The notes beneath the pieces were generated by a model, which was not told the DNA's origin, ran no database searches, and saw only the letters and a program-made list of their open reading frames with translations. Of a stretch of 64,000 nt of DNA, positions 38,341 to 51,110 are shown in pieces (position 1 is the stretch's first letter; every line of letters begins with the position of its first letter). The position numbers were made by a program, and so were the translations under genes. The stretch is from Gnetum montanum (Eukaryota > Plantae > Gnetophyta), in the NCBI GenBank assembly GCA_015680685.1, contig MNCI01002773.1, forward strand, positions 266,010 through 330,009, in the 5' to 3' direction.

Positions 38341-39311
38341 AAAGGTGAGAGACATATATATATTAAAGAAACATTGATATAACTATAGTTGTTGCAAGAA
38401 ATATAAAATCATTATCATCTATGTAAAATGACATTAGGCGCTTGGAATGCTAGTATATTGTTGAATATATATTAAAATAGTTATCAGTTCTTGCACAAAA
38501 ATTGAAGGGATATAATTGTTCATAAACAAAAATAAATAAAATTTCCCACTATCCATTGTCCATAATATATAACATTTACATAATTTTAAAAACATCAACA
38601 AAAAAATAAAAGTTTTGAGGCTTGATTAAGCCTTGGATCTTATTTTTAGTTCCATATCCTCCTCGAAATGAGAGGGTTCAGCCCCCTCATTATCATCATG
38701 GATTTGAGGGTGGACATGTTTTTTAATGTCTGCCACACTCTTGTCCATAGTGGTGATAGTGGAGTTGACCTTTTGCAGTACTGAGGGATCTCCCATTGAG
38801 TGGATTGAAGTTAATGTAGCTAGGATTGAACTTCATCCTAGAATCCATGAAATTCACTAGACTCAAGTGCTAGTGAAGAATCGGGCTCCCCTTCAACATT
38901 ATTAGTGAAGGAGATAGGAATATAAACTTATGCAAAATAGACCATATACATTTCCTAATCTCTCAAAGATTAGAAAACACTTGCACAAGTGTTGTATGCT
39001 CTTAATCCTTCTCATACCTTATGTACTTATAGCCTTGTAAGTATATGCACTTATAGCTTGATATCCTAGTCTACATTTTACTTATTCATGCTATTTCGTT
39101 TTTAACTTACGTTAAATTCAAATTTGAGTATAGCTTAAAGTTTACTTCTATTTTGCATTCTTTTTACTTTTAAAGCCTTTTCGTTTCTTTTTGCTTTTCT
39201 TAAAAGAAAAAACAAAAATATCATAAAAATTTTAAAACTGAAAAAACCATAAAAATCTTAAAATAGAAAATGTGCTTTCTTTTAGTATGATTTGTCATGG
39301 CTTTAAACTAG

Positions 39312-40231
39312 TAATGAGTGGTGGAGTAATCCAACACCCAACCATAGGAGATGCAAGTGTTCACACGTAGCCTTGTCAAATTCCATGGAAAAGGCAATGT
39401 GATTATGCTAGTAGTTGATTTAAGATCATGATCGTTGTCTTCCCACATGAGTTAGTAAAATCGATGTGTATGGTTTAACTCACGGTGAGGTGTATGATAT
39501 GTTGATGTTGTAGGGCCATTCTTCTAGCATTCATTGTAAAGAGTGAAAATAATTCTAAGTCTAAGTTTAACTATAGTGATAAAGGAATCGAATCTAGCCT
39601 ATGACGATGAGTATTCAATATTGATCTTCCATTCACACCTTGAACTTCGTACAACTACTACTAAGATTACCAAGTACTTCGCTATTGGGAGTACCAAGCA
39701 ATAGTACTACTGGGTTACCAAGCAATTATACTTAAGTGTTCAAGATCAATCGTACTCATTCCACTTAACAATATTAATAGTAAAGTGCATAGAAAGTAAA
39801 TCAGTAACTAGGGAAATAGTAAATATTATACTAAGTCAAAATGATAAACATTAGTCTAAGTAAATAGTAAATAAGTCTAAGTGATGCTGCAATGATGCAA
39901 AGTAATCTCAATCTTTATTTTCGACAATGAAATTTGTCCAAGGACATGCCACTCAAATAAATACTACATGCAATCACTTAACAATGCACTATAGGCATAC
40001 ATTGCTAAGTGCTAAGTACTAAAATCAAGAAAATAATATGATAGAGTTTTTCTAAGGTTGGAATGAAATTGTTGTTTGGACCGTGCACCTAAGTGTCGTA
40101 TTTATAAGCTTGCACATGTCTTCGATATTGGATATCCAACATTGTAGCTTGTGCCTCGATATTGGGGATCTAATATCGCAGCTTCGATATTGGATGCCTG
40201 ATATTGCAGCCAATCAAAATATGATTCATCA
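39312..40231 (-). mobile_element. 3' LTR of an Athila-like element related to 1598-2652
   Basis: The start taatgagtggtggagtaatccaacacccaaccata aligns with tgatgagtggtgaggtacccctacactcaaccata at 1598. It shares the ctgggttaccaag and gatat(t/c)g repeats, ends in TTCATCA and is followed by a PPT (tatcccc). Confidence 0.75.
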
Positions 40232-41992
40232 TATCCCCATGACTAACTAAAATCTCAATTTACATGACACTATCTACTATGTGCATGAATTTGAAATGTC
40301 GCAATGTTTACAAAAATGATACAAGATATGACATGAAAACTTTAATAAAAAATTTTTGGTGAAGCTTGATGTAGCCTTATGTAGTTCCTGGTGGTAGTGG
40401 CTCCTCCATCGGTTGCTTCCCCTTGTCATCAAGCTTCTAAAAGTTGTATCGGTCTAGGAGTGCCTCAAGTTTCTCCTATTCCATTCTTGGGTAATGCATT
40501 GTCCATGCTTGTTGTGCAATGTGTGATGGAGTAGGTAGATCCCATGGGCATGATAGCTGTAGAAACATTTGATTCATCTTGACATACGAGGTTGTAAACT
40601 ACCTCCTATCCTCTTCAAATGCTTTGGCATTTTCACGTGATTCATGATAGTTAGTCAATCTTCTAGCTAGGTTTTCTACTACATCTTTCTGTCCTTGGTA
40701 GCTAGCCTTTATTACTTTCAATTTAGAGTTTTCCACTTGAAGTTTCTGTAAAGAATCTTTACAATTCGCAAACTCTTTCTTGTACAAGGCATATGTGGCT
40801 ACTACTTACTATTCTAGCTCATTTCTAGGCCTACCTATTGTTAACATGGCCAAGTTAGCATAATGGCGGTTAGCTAACCTCATGTACTCTCTTAGGTCCT
40901 CAATCTGTAGGTCTTTATTTTTCACCTCCACTTGGTGGATATGGGTGTAACTGTCCAGGATGAGTTGCCAGTCAGGATTCTTTGTTGATATGAAGCTAAT
41001 TTTGGCCTTTGCCATCTAGATCTCTTTTTCATTGATCTACTTGTATATGTCCATTTGATCATGGAAGTGTTTCTTGAGCCTTTCATGTTTCTTTGCCTCA
41101 TTTTTCCATGCACTTATTTCAATAGCTAACTTTTGATAGATAGCACATATCTCCCCATTGAGAGGGTTTGATTTTCTCATGTGAGGTGGTTGATATCTTG
41201 GTTGACCCTCACTAGTTATTCCCTTAACTAGTGAATGGTCTCCTCTAGGACGTTTTTCCACTTTTTCACAATGGTTAACCTCATATTATTATCAGCAAGT
41301 TATTTATTTTCCTCTTGGACAGTGGTAAGTGCATTAACATGTGCATACGTTTGTGCTTCTTCTATGGAGATATTTCATACTGCTTTCTCCTCCTCTATTA
41401 TCATCTGTTTAGTTTACTCAATCAAATGGTTCATTTGCTATATCCTAAATTTCTCTATCTTGTTGGGTACAATAAATTGTGTGGGATCTCTTCGTTCAAC
41501 TCTTAAGGCTATGAGCTCTTCTTGTAATTTCAGAATTTCATTTTTTGCATGCTCTGCTCTTATCTCTATCATGACTAGTTTTTATTTTGTAGTGATGAAC
41601 TAAGACTGTACTATAGTGACATCACTTGGGATATCGAAGAGTGTTATCATGACTTGTCCATTCTACAGTAGTCTATCAAGAACATCTTCATGGTCAGTTG
41701 GAGTCATTGAGGTTCTAGCTAACATTTGAGCATCTCTAGCTCCAATTAGATCTATCAATGACACAATAGGTATGTTGAAGAATTCCTTGATGTGATCAAT
41801 GATCACTTCTGCTGCTCTTGCTACATCTTGGTGTTACATCATCACAACAGTGGATCCATATTTAGTCTCAAGCATCACTTGGAATGATGTAGCATTCCTA
41901 GAGATTTGTTGTGGCCATTAGACCTCTCCTCCAAACTATAGTGAGATTTGTTGACTTGTTGGATTTTCTAAAACTATGGGTTGGATGGCACT
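40232..41992 (-). pseudogene. 3' extra ORF (coiled-coil rich) of the Athila-like host element, left part
   Basis: Chain of minus-strand ORFs 40599-41261, rich in K/E heptads, located just upstream of the PPT; interrupted by element 2. Confidence 0.6.
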
Positions 41993-43476
41993 TGTTGCAA
42001 CTAAGAATTTCCATCATTGGAAATACCAAAGATCCTTAGTGTAGCAATTTCCCAACCTTAAATCCCCAAGGCCTCCGTAGAAAAAATGGGATTTGAGGCA
42101 CCATGGCTAGTCCAACAAATCAACAAGGGACTTATGACATGAAAAACATAGAAATACAAATAGATCTAAATAATGCACAAAAAATAAATTAATATACCTT
42201 GTACAAAAAACCAAAAAATTAAAAATTTATTAATAAAAAATAAATAATAAGTTAGAGAAATGTGTATAGGTAGTGCCTAAGTAGGTAGCAAGGGGGGTTC
42301 ACTTGAATGGAGTTTAGGGTCCATTGAAGTCAGTGCAGTCAACTTCATAATCGAGATGTCCTACCACTCCCAATGCTATTGAACCTCTAGTGCTACAATC
42401 TTAGATATGCAATGTTGGCTACTATTGAGGGGTGAGAAAGGTGAAAAATTTGGATGCCAGTTTACTCCACGTTGGGGTTTGGAAATCCTAGAAGTGTAGT
42501 GTTGACATCAAAAATCCATAAATCTCAAGGCTATAATGCTTCCACATTTGGGTTCAAAAGAATGCAAGTATGGGAACTTTCAAGAGCTCTTAAGTGCTTG
42601 AGAATGCCCAAGTATGGAATTGTAGGAAATTTTGTATTGTGTGAAGTGCTAAACCTTGAAAAAATTCTAGAACCTATAAATGGTGTTGGAGGTTGATTTT
42701 TATAGGTTCTAGACCATGAATGGGGCTACAAAATGGCTATGATTTGTTTGCAAAATTGCTATAAACTGGATACAAATTGGCTGCCAAATTTAGATGAGAT
42801 GGGTGTCCAAATTTGGGTGGTAACTATAAATAGTAAGTGCTTCCCCCATGGCCATTCTATTTACTATAAATAGTAAGTAGGGCACACCTTCCACACTGGA
42901 GATGAATCTTCCATGTTGATCTCTCCACCATGCTTGCTAAAGTGGTTAGTCAATGTTGAAGTGCATGAAGGGATAAATTTTGGTTTTTGTGACTTCCATG
43001 TTGGGGGATGCAATTTTCAACCCTAAGGGTAAAGATTCCATGTTGGGGAGAAACTTCGACACTAATGGAAAAAGGTTTCCAGGCTATGCATGTAGTCTCC
43101 ACACTGAAGGAAGAAAGTTTCCAAAACTCCCATCCTTCCATGCTAGGGGTAGGTGAGATTTACCCCCTACATGTTTTTCCAGTGTAGAAAAGTGTATGCC
43201 CCTCATAAAAGCCATTAAATTTCCTTTTTTGGCATTCCAAAAGGCATTTTTGATCCCTCCAAGCCCAAATATAGACACTAGGTAACTTGTTTTACTTGGG
43301 GAATGAGGCTTTAACCACTTATGAGGCATTTTTCAATACCAAAAGTATAAATTATTGAAATTGTCCACTATGCATTAAAATCTTTACATTTACATTGATG
43401 TTTTACCTCAAGTTTCATGGGGTGAAAGATACATGATGAAAATTGACTATAAGATGCAAATTTTTGTGGTGTTTCA
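41993..43476 (-). repeat. 3' LTR of element 2 (1484 bp)
   Basis: Colinear with 61958-63417. Confidence 0.95.
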
Positions 43477-43726
43477 ATGGTCACTCTTTGTTGGTGTTTA
43501 GAGGATTGACCTAAGAGGCACTAACAAAGAATACAAAACACCATTGCATATTATAATGCTGCAATGCATATAGGCCACATGAGAATTATTCTATCCAAGT
43601 CACCAAAGTTGCTAGTTTAAGTTCGTGATGGACCATGGTACTAGTTTAAGGCCCTGGTAGGTAGTGTTGCTAGTTTAAGGTCATAGCAGACCATTGAAAG
43701 TAGGCTCACTTGTTGATGATTATCGG

Positions 43727-46700
43727 CTACATGTAGTATGGCTTTAGATATGAATGATTAATTGGATTGGCAAGATTATTCCCATCCATGTTGGCTATAA
43801 TAAATGCTCTATTCCCATAGGCTTTGGTGACAAGGAAGGGACCTTCCTAGTTGGTTGAGAATTTGTTCACATGCTTGTAGATGGTCTTGAGGACTAGGTC
43901 ACCCTCCTTGATCTTACGCATGTTCAAGTTATGGTGATGTTATCACTTTTTCCTCTCTTGATAGTGCTTGATTTAAGCAAGTGCTTGCATATGTTTCTCC
44001 TCCATCGAATCTAGGGTTTCTATCCACAACCTCTTATTCTGCTCATTTTTGATGAAGTTGGTCAAGTCTACTTGGAGTGATGGAACTTGCATTTCAAGAT
44101 GTAAACAAATTTCAGAACCATAAACCAGACTATAAGGGGTCATATCGGTTGTCATGTGATAGGTTGTTATGTATGCCCATAGTGCGTGGACAAGCCTCTC
44201 ATCCCACTTGCGCTTACTATTGTTGAGCATATTTTTGAGTAAGTTGATGATAACTTTGTTGTCGACTTCTACTTGTCCATTAGCTTGAGGGTAATATAGC
44301 GATAAGAAAGAATGTTTAATGCCTAGGTTGTGATAGAAATATTTTGTTTCATGGCTACTAAATTATGTTCTATTGTCTATAACTATGATCATAGGTGTAC
44401 CAAAATAGGCTACAATGTTATTTAAAATGAATTTGCAAACTTTTTTAGATGTAGTCTTTCTTAGGGGAGTAGCCTCAACCCACTTTGTAAAGTATTTAGT
44501 TACAATGATGATGAAGTTATGCCCTACTGGAGACTTAGGTGTTATAGGTATAATGATATCCAACCCCCATGATTGAAATGATCATGATATTTGAGTGGTG
44601 TGTAACTCAGTCAATGATATGTGTATAAGGTTGCTATATCATTGGCATGTGTCATAATGCTTATCCTTCTATAGGAAGTCATTTTTCATATGAGGCCAAT
44701 AGTAGCCTAATCATCTAATCTTAGCAGTCATATCTTTACATCCTATATGTCCTTCACAAATACCCTCATGAACCTTCTCTAGGATTATTCTAGCTTCAGT
44801 TTTACCTAAGCACTTTAGGAGTATGCCATCATAGGATCGTTGACATAGTGTGTTATCACCTACGATGACATATTGCTTCGATCACTTGTGTATGACATCC
44901 TCTTGAGTAGTAGTCAAGCCTTGTGAAGATTTACTATGCATAAGGTAAAATTTGATACCATCATACCACTCCCTAGTAGAAGAAGTATGGATGATGGCCA
45001 TAACGATATCCTCAATGTTCTGTGTGATGGGAGTAGCACAGTCCATGGTTAAGGTGGGCAACTTGCCAAACACATCTAGAGTCATACTAAGGGCACACAT
45101 CACAATTGCATCATTTATGGCATTCTCATTTTGGGGTATGTGTTGGATATCAACATCCATGAATTATTGAAACAACCACTTTCCTTGGTCATAGTAAGGT
45201 TGTAAGTGCTTAGCTTTGCATGCATAGACCTTGGTTACTTGGTTAACCATGAGTTGTGAATCACCTTTGATCGCTAGGCATCTAATTCCTAGATCATGAG
45301 CTACCATCATCCCTTTGATCTAAGCTTCATACTTCATAATGTTGTTGGTACATAGAAACTCAAAGCGAGAGGCAAAGGGTTGGATTTCACGAAATGGAAA
45401 TGTTATGATGGCAATGGCATTGGCCCTATGAGCAATTGAAGTTCCATCAAACTACATGACTACCTCATAGCCCTCAAGCACTTGGCTAACAACTTTAATA
45501 TTTTCATTAGGAAACTTAAGATCTATGGTTTCTTGGTCATTAACAAGTAAAACTGTGAGTTGTACAACTATAGCTTGACCTTTCATTGGGGATTGAAAGA
45601 CATAATGGAGGTTGAACTTTGTAGTTATGACTTTCCATCAAGATATATGGCTACTTTCATTGATATTAGTCATTATGGCTCTAAGTATGTTATCCTTGCA
45701 AATCACATTAACTTGGCTTCTAAAGAGGTAGTGTCTTCACTTCTTCAATGAAAAGACTAGTGTTAGACAATACTTCTCCACTTCAGTGTATTAGGTCTCA
45801 TGGCATACTAACACATGGCTAAGGTAGTATACAAGCATTTCTACTCTGTCATCATGTTTTTGACAGAGTAAAGAAGCAATGAATGTATCAGAGATGGAAA
45901 GATAGATGTAAAATGGTTTACCCTCTTGTGGAGGAAAAACTATCGATAGTTGTGTTAATTCTTACTTAAGGTTTTTAAAGGCCTCTTAGCATTGAACCAT
46001 CCACCCATAGTGAACTCCTTTCTTAATTAAGTGATGCATGGGTTGTAACTTATCCGTAAGCCTAGTGATAAGTCTGTGAATAAAATGTAATCTACCTTGT
46101 AATCCCCGAAGCTCTTTAGGTTGGTAGATGTTGCTAATTTTGATATGGCCATAATCTTATCAGGACTGACACAAATCCCTACTTTAGATACTACAAAGTT
46201 AAGCATCTTACCAGTCTTGACACCAAAGACACACTTCTTAGGATTGAGTATTTGAGGCATCATTTAAGCACAAGTTCTAGGTCATTAGCATGATCATTGG
46301 TCACTTTGGAATTAATGGCTATATCATCCATGTAATCATTAAGCAAACCTAGCATGTAGTCACTAAATATATAGTTCATGGCTTGTTGATAGATCACTCT
46401 AGTATTCTTAAGGCCAAATGACATCATATTATAGCAAAAGGTCCTTCATGGGGTCATGAAGGTCATGCTAAGTTGGTACTCTAGGTTGATCATAATTTGG
46501 TTATATCTCGAGAATCCATCCATAATGGACAACAAGGCATGTCTAGCTATAGTATTGATAAGTTGATCAATACTAGGCAAAATAAAGTCATCCTTGATAG
46601 TCACTTTGTTTTGGTCTTAAAAATCAATGCAAATATGGATACTCCTATTTTTCGTAGGGACTACCACTATGTTGGACACCCATTACATGTAGTTGATAGT

Positions 46701-47221
46701 TCTAATGAAACTATCTTGATAGAGCTTTAAGATCATCATGAATTTCCAAGGCCAAATCAAGTCTAATGTTGTGCACTTTTTTCTTAACTAGTCTAATGCT
46801 AGGGTCTAGTATGATGTTATGCTAGACTAAACATGAATCTAGGCCTCAAATGTCTTCATAGGCCTTAACATTGTAGGACCTTGGTGATGTCTTAAGCATA
46901 TTGAGGTTTGAGTGAAGAGCTTAGTTTAAGGGTTTTCTCCTTACCACTGTGTGTTGTGACTAGAACCTCAGCCAAAGAGTCTTCAATTATGTCACCTGCC
47001 TCTAAGTCAAGGGTGTTGACTAGGTTTTTAGGTCATTCTAGAGGTTTTTCTATAAAGGCTATGTGATCTACAAGACTCTCAGGCTCAAGATCTAGGCAAT
47101 CAAGGTTGATACATTGTTCAACATCACCATGAGATCCATGTAGACACAAAGGCAAACTAATTTTCTCTCGAGTACTCATACATTGATTATGCATATCAAC
47201 GAAAGGCATATTAAGTGGCAC
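43727..47221 (-). pseudogene. pol: Element 2 pol: RT, RNase H, aRH, integrase (decayed)
   Basis: LNPKKCVFGVKTGKML; FEFLCTNN..KYEA; GDSQLMV; DIIIPITPKSPVGHNFIIIVTKYFTKWVEA; WDERLVHALWAY...TPYSLVYGSE; ends LKPYYM*. Confidence 0.92.
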
Positions 47222-47999
47222 CTAGGTAAAAGTGAACAAATAATGCTAAAATGCTATAAAATTAAGAAAATACATGCAAATATAAGGAAAACAAGGCCAT
47301 CCAAGGTCATCAATAGGATGACAACAAGCAAAAAAAGTGCAATAAGCACCAAATAAAGTTTAGACCAAGGTTAAACCAAGTAAAGTATAAGGATCAAGAC
47401 TACAAATGGTCAACAAAGGCCATGAGTTTGCCAGTCTTAGGCCTTAGTGGGCCATGGTCACATGATGTTAAACAAGGGTTAGGAAAGATCAAACCCCACT
47501 ATTTGATACCATTGAAAGGCCAAAAAGAGGTAAATAAATTTATAATAAGAAAAATAAAGAGCATATAAGGTTTTATAAAGCCCATAGAAGGTCAACAATG
47601 AAAAATGCAACACCAGTCCAAAAATAAGCTAAAATACCATGTAATAAGGTAAAAAATCAAACAAAACAAGCTATATATGATAAAATTTACCTAACATAGG
47701 CCAAAAATGATTAATTTTTGCTAGTTTTAAGCCTTAGTGGGCCATGTTTTGAGGCTACAACAATGTTAGGTGGGTTTGGACATCAATTAGGACTATTTTT
47801 TAGCTATTTGGACTCAAAAATCAAGTGTTTTGAGGCTTCTATGCTAGGTTTAGCATATAAACATGGACCCTTAGCATGGTTTCAGGGTGCTTAGAGATAC
47901 AAAATCAAGGGTTCAAGACCTTCCCAAGGTAGCATAGGGTCAAATCCATCAAAATTGGGCACTTCGGAGGTTTGTAAAGGTCAAAAATCAAGTTCTAAA

Positions 48000-50660
48000 G
48001 CCTTTTTCCCCTTGTTTCAACAATAGCCAGCATGGAAGAAAAGGGGGCTTAATATGAAAAACCAAAACCTTAGCCAAAACAGGGTCAAATGAGGTCAAAC
48101 AAGTAGCTGGAACCCAAATCTAGAAGTTATGCATCCTCTAGCTTCATTTTGAGGCAGTTTGAGGCAAATTTGAGTGTCAAAACATGTCAAAATGGCATTC
48201 CCCATTTTTTTCATGTTGAGCATAGTATCCTCAATGTGGAAGAATGGGGAACAAATTTTTGTGAATTCAAAGTAACTTAGAAGCACTTTAATAGGTTTCT
48301 AGGCTTCTAGGGCTGTAGACTTTGATTTTACAAGTTTTTGGTTAATTTTGAGCATGTTTGAAGACTGTTTAAGGGTACTTAAGGTCTTCCCCCTTATTTC
48401 CATGTTGAGGAAGTTAATCTAGTGTGGAAGAATGGGGGAATGAATTTTGGAGTTGAATTAAGATCAAACAAGGAAAATCTCAAGGCTATGAGCTCCTAGG
48501 CTTATATGGCGTAGATCTTTGGCTTCCAAGAGTGTCATCTTGCAACCAAAAGTAAAAAAGTAGCTTTTTCGCCTTGTTTCCATGCTACCCACTATGGAAG
48601 GGGCCTCCTCTAGCTGGATGAACCAAGAACCTTAGGTCTAGGCCAATTTGAGTCACAATGGACCATGCAGTCAGCCTTCAGAGTTGCTAAGGCTAAGGGT
48701 TATGTCTCCATGTCAAAATCTAGTAGTTTTGAGTACTCTCAAGTGGTTTTTGAGCTTCTCCCTCTTTTTTCATGTTGAGGCTAGGGAGCTCAATGTGGAA
48801 GACTAGGGGGAAACCATTTTTTGACCATCTAGGATCAATTTCTTGAGGTTTGAAGGCTCTAATGACTGTTGACATGGTTCTAGAGTGCATGTGAGGTTAT
48901 TTGATGTTATTTTGAGGTGTTTAAGAGCTCTAAAAAAGTCTCCCCCTTGAGTTTCCATGCTAGGGATACTATGCTCAATGTGGAAAAGGGATCCCCTATA
49001 GGGAAGAATCATAAATCTTAGATCTGGGCTAGTTATGACCTTAATTAATTGTGCATGTATGCCTCTAGGATTACTGAGGTCAATGAATAGGGTTCGAAAT
49101 CAAGTTTGGCCAATTTGGAGATTTCCTAGATGGTTTTTGAGCTTCCCTCCAATTTTCCACACTAAGGATAGTATGCTCAAAATGAAATACTAAGGGGAAG
49201 AATCTTTTTGACTTTTTGCATTGTTTCTTATCATGCATGTAGGTCTCCAAGGTTGCTAGTGTTGATTGCTGCTTCCTAGTGTCAAAATTCAGTCATTTCA
49301 AGAGTTTTTGAGTTGTTTTGGGGCTCTCCCTTATTTTTCCACACTAAGGGAAAGTCTTTTTGGCCACTTATGATCAATTTTGATAGTCTTGAGGGTCTGA
49401 GGATGTGTAATTGAGGCTCTTAGACACACATAGGGCTTTTTGATGTTTGTTTGACATCGCTAGAGGTTATTTTAAAGTCTTCCAAAATTTCCTCCCTTTC
49501 TTCCATGTTGGGTAGCATGGAAGATGTGGCTCTTAGTGTGGATGAACTTAGGAACCCTAGTTTTTACCATTTTCCATCATCTTGGCTATGCATGCATGCT
49601 TTTAAGGTTACTGGCATTAACTATTGATACATGATGTCCAAATTTTTCTTTTTCAAGTGTTATTAAGTAATTTTTAGGCTTTCCTCACTTTTTCCATGTT
49701 GGGGCTTTCTTGCTTAGCATGGAAGATTGGGGAGAAGGGCGTTTTAGCTTTTATGGTTAAATTAGACTATGCATGAGTGTCCATAGGATTTTTGGTGTTG
49801 GACATCAGTGTCTAAGGTTAAAATATGGTCATTTTGAAGGATGTTAGAGGGTTTTTAGGCTTTTCCCTTCTATCCACATTGAAGATTGTAGGCTCAACAT
49901 GGAAGAGGTATCCCTCAATCAAAAAAGTCAGATCTAGGCTAGATCAACAGCCAATCGACCATGCATGTCAACCTCCAGGGTTATTGAGGTTAACAATCAA
50001 TACTCAATGTCAAGATCTATCAATTTGAAGGCTTCTAAGTGCCTCATGAAATCTCCCCCTTTCTTCCATGCTAGGCATGATGGCCCCAACATGGATGAGA
50101 GGGGGATGGTATTTTTATGCCATATTTGACTACTTTTGGAACATTTAGGATCCCCAAAGGATCCTAGCAGAGTCTAGGGGTCACCATGCATTAAGAAATA
50201 GTTACTAGGAAGTCAATTTAGGTTATTTTTTGCCTTCCCCCATCCATCCATGTTGAGGGTGAGGTGGTCAACATGGATGAAGCCTCCCTCAGCATTGAAA
50301 CACAAAATCCCAAGGTTTTGACCAATTCCAACTTGGTTTGATGAGTTTTTGGTTTTGCCAGTGATGCTCAAAGGGATTCTAGGTCATGCAGGGTCCACAT
50401 TAAAGTTAAACTTGTGCTAGATGGGTATTTGCATAGGGATAGGTGTTACCCTTCTCCTTCTACTTTAGGCATTGTTTCCCTAGCATGGAAATCCATGGAA
50501 TCTAGCTTTGTTCATGTCTCATCCACTTTTGAGAACCTAAGGTTGAAAAAGGAAAGTTTTGGTTACCAAGAAAAGGGAAAAATAGTTGTATTTTAATGAT
50601 TTTATGAAATGGGAGGCATGTTTCCACACTGGACATGGTGTCCTTAGCATGGATGCATGG
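48000..50660. repeat. Array of about 15 hairpin motifs at about 187-bp spacing
   Basis: CCC..TTCCAYRYTG-N10-15-CARYRTGGAA..GGGG starts near 48006, 48200, 48388, 48570, 48758, 48940, 49143, 49326, 49492, 49681, 49863, 50054, 50236, 50450 and 50621. Confidence 0.8.
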
Positions 50661-51110
50661 GAGTTAAGGTTGCAATATAGTTTTAAGTGTTAAAACTGGA
50701 AAAAAGCTCAACGTTGGGGCAATTTCTAGTCAAAAGAGAAGGCATAGGGTGGGGCCCATAATATAAAAATTTAAAATTTTGAAAAGTGAAGTTGTTTCCC
50801 ATCCAAAACTAATGTGACTATACTTTCCCCTTTTTTCACTTTAGTGCACATAGAGTTATGGTGCATTGAATTAGTAGCTGGGGTTTTAAGGTGTGTGTTT
50901 AGGTTTTAGATGTGCTTTTATTATGAAATCTCACAAGTTTTCATTACAATTGTCATTCTAAATCAATGACACATTGGAGGAGAGCTCTAGTAGAAATTTT
51001 TGTTGCAAAGAACACCAATCTTCAGCCTGGAAGACTTCCATCTTCCTTGAACTAAGAGTAGAAAACCTATTTCTCCATAGATTTTAGCAATTCTCAATGT
51101 TGAGCCTACC

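Noticed and set aside
48000-50660. CRISPR-like repeat-spacer pattern
   Set aside because: Period of about 187 bp, degenerate repeats and mutually related spacers; reported instead as a phased motif array.
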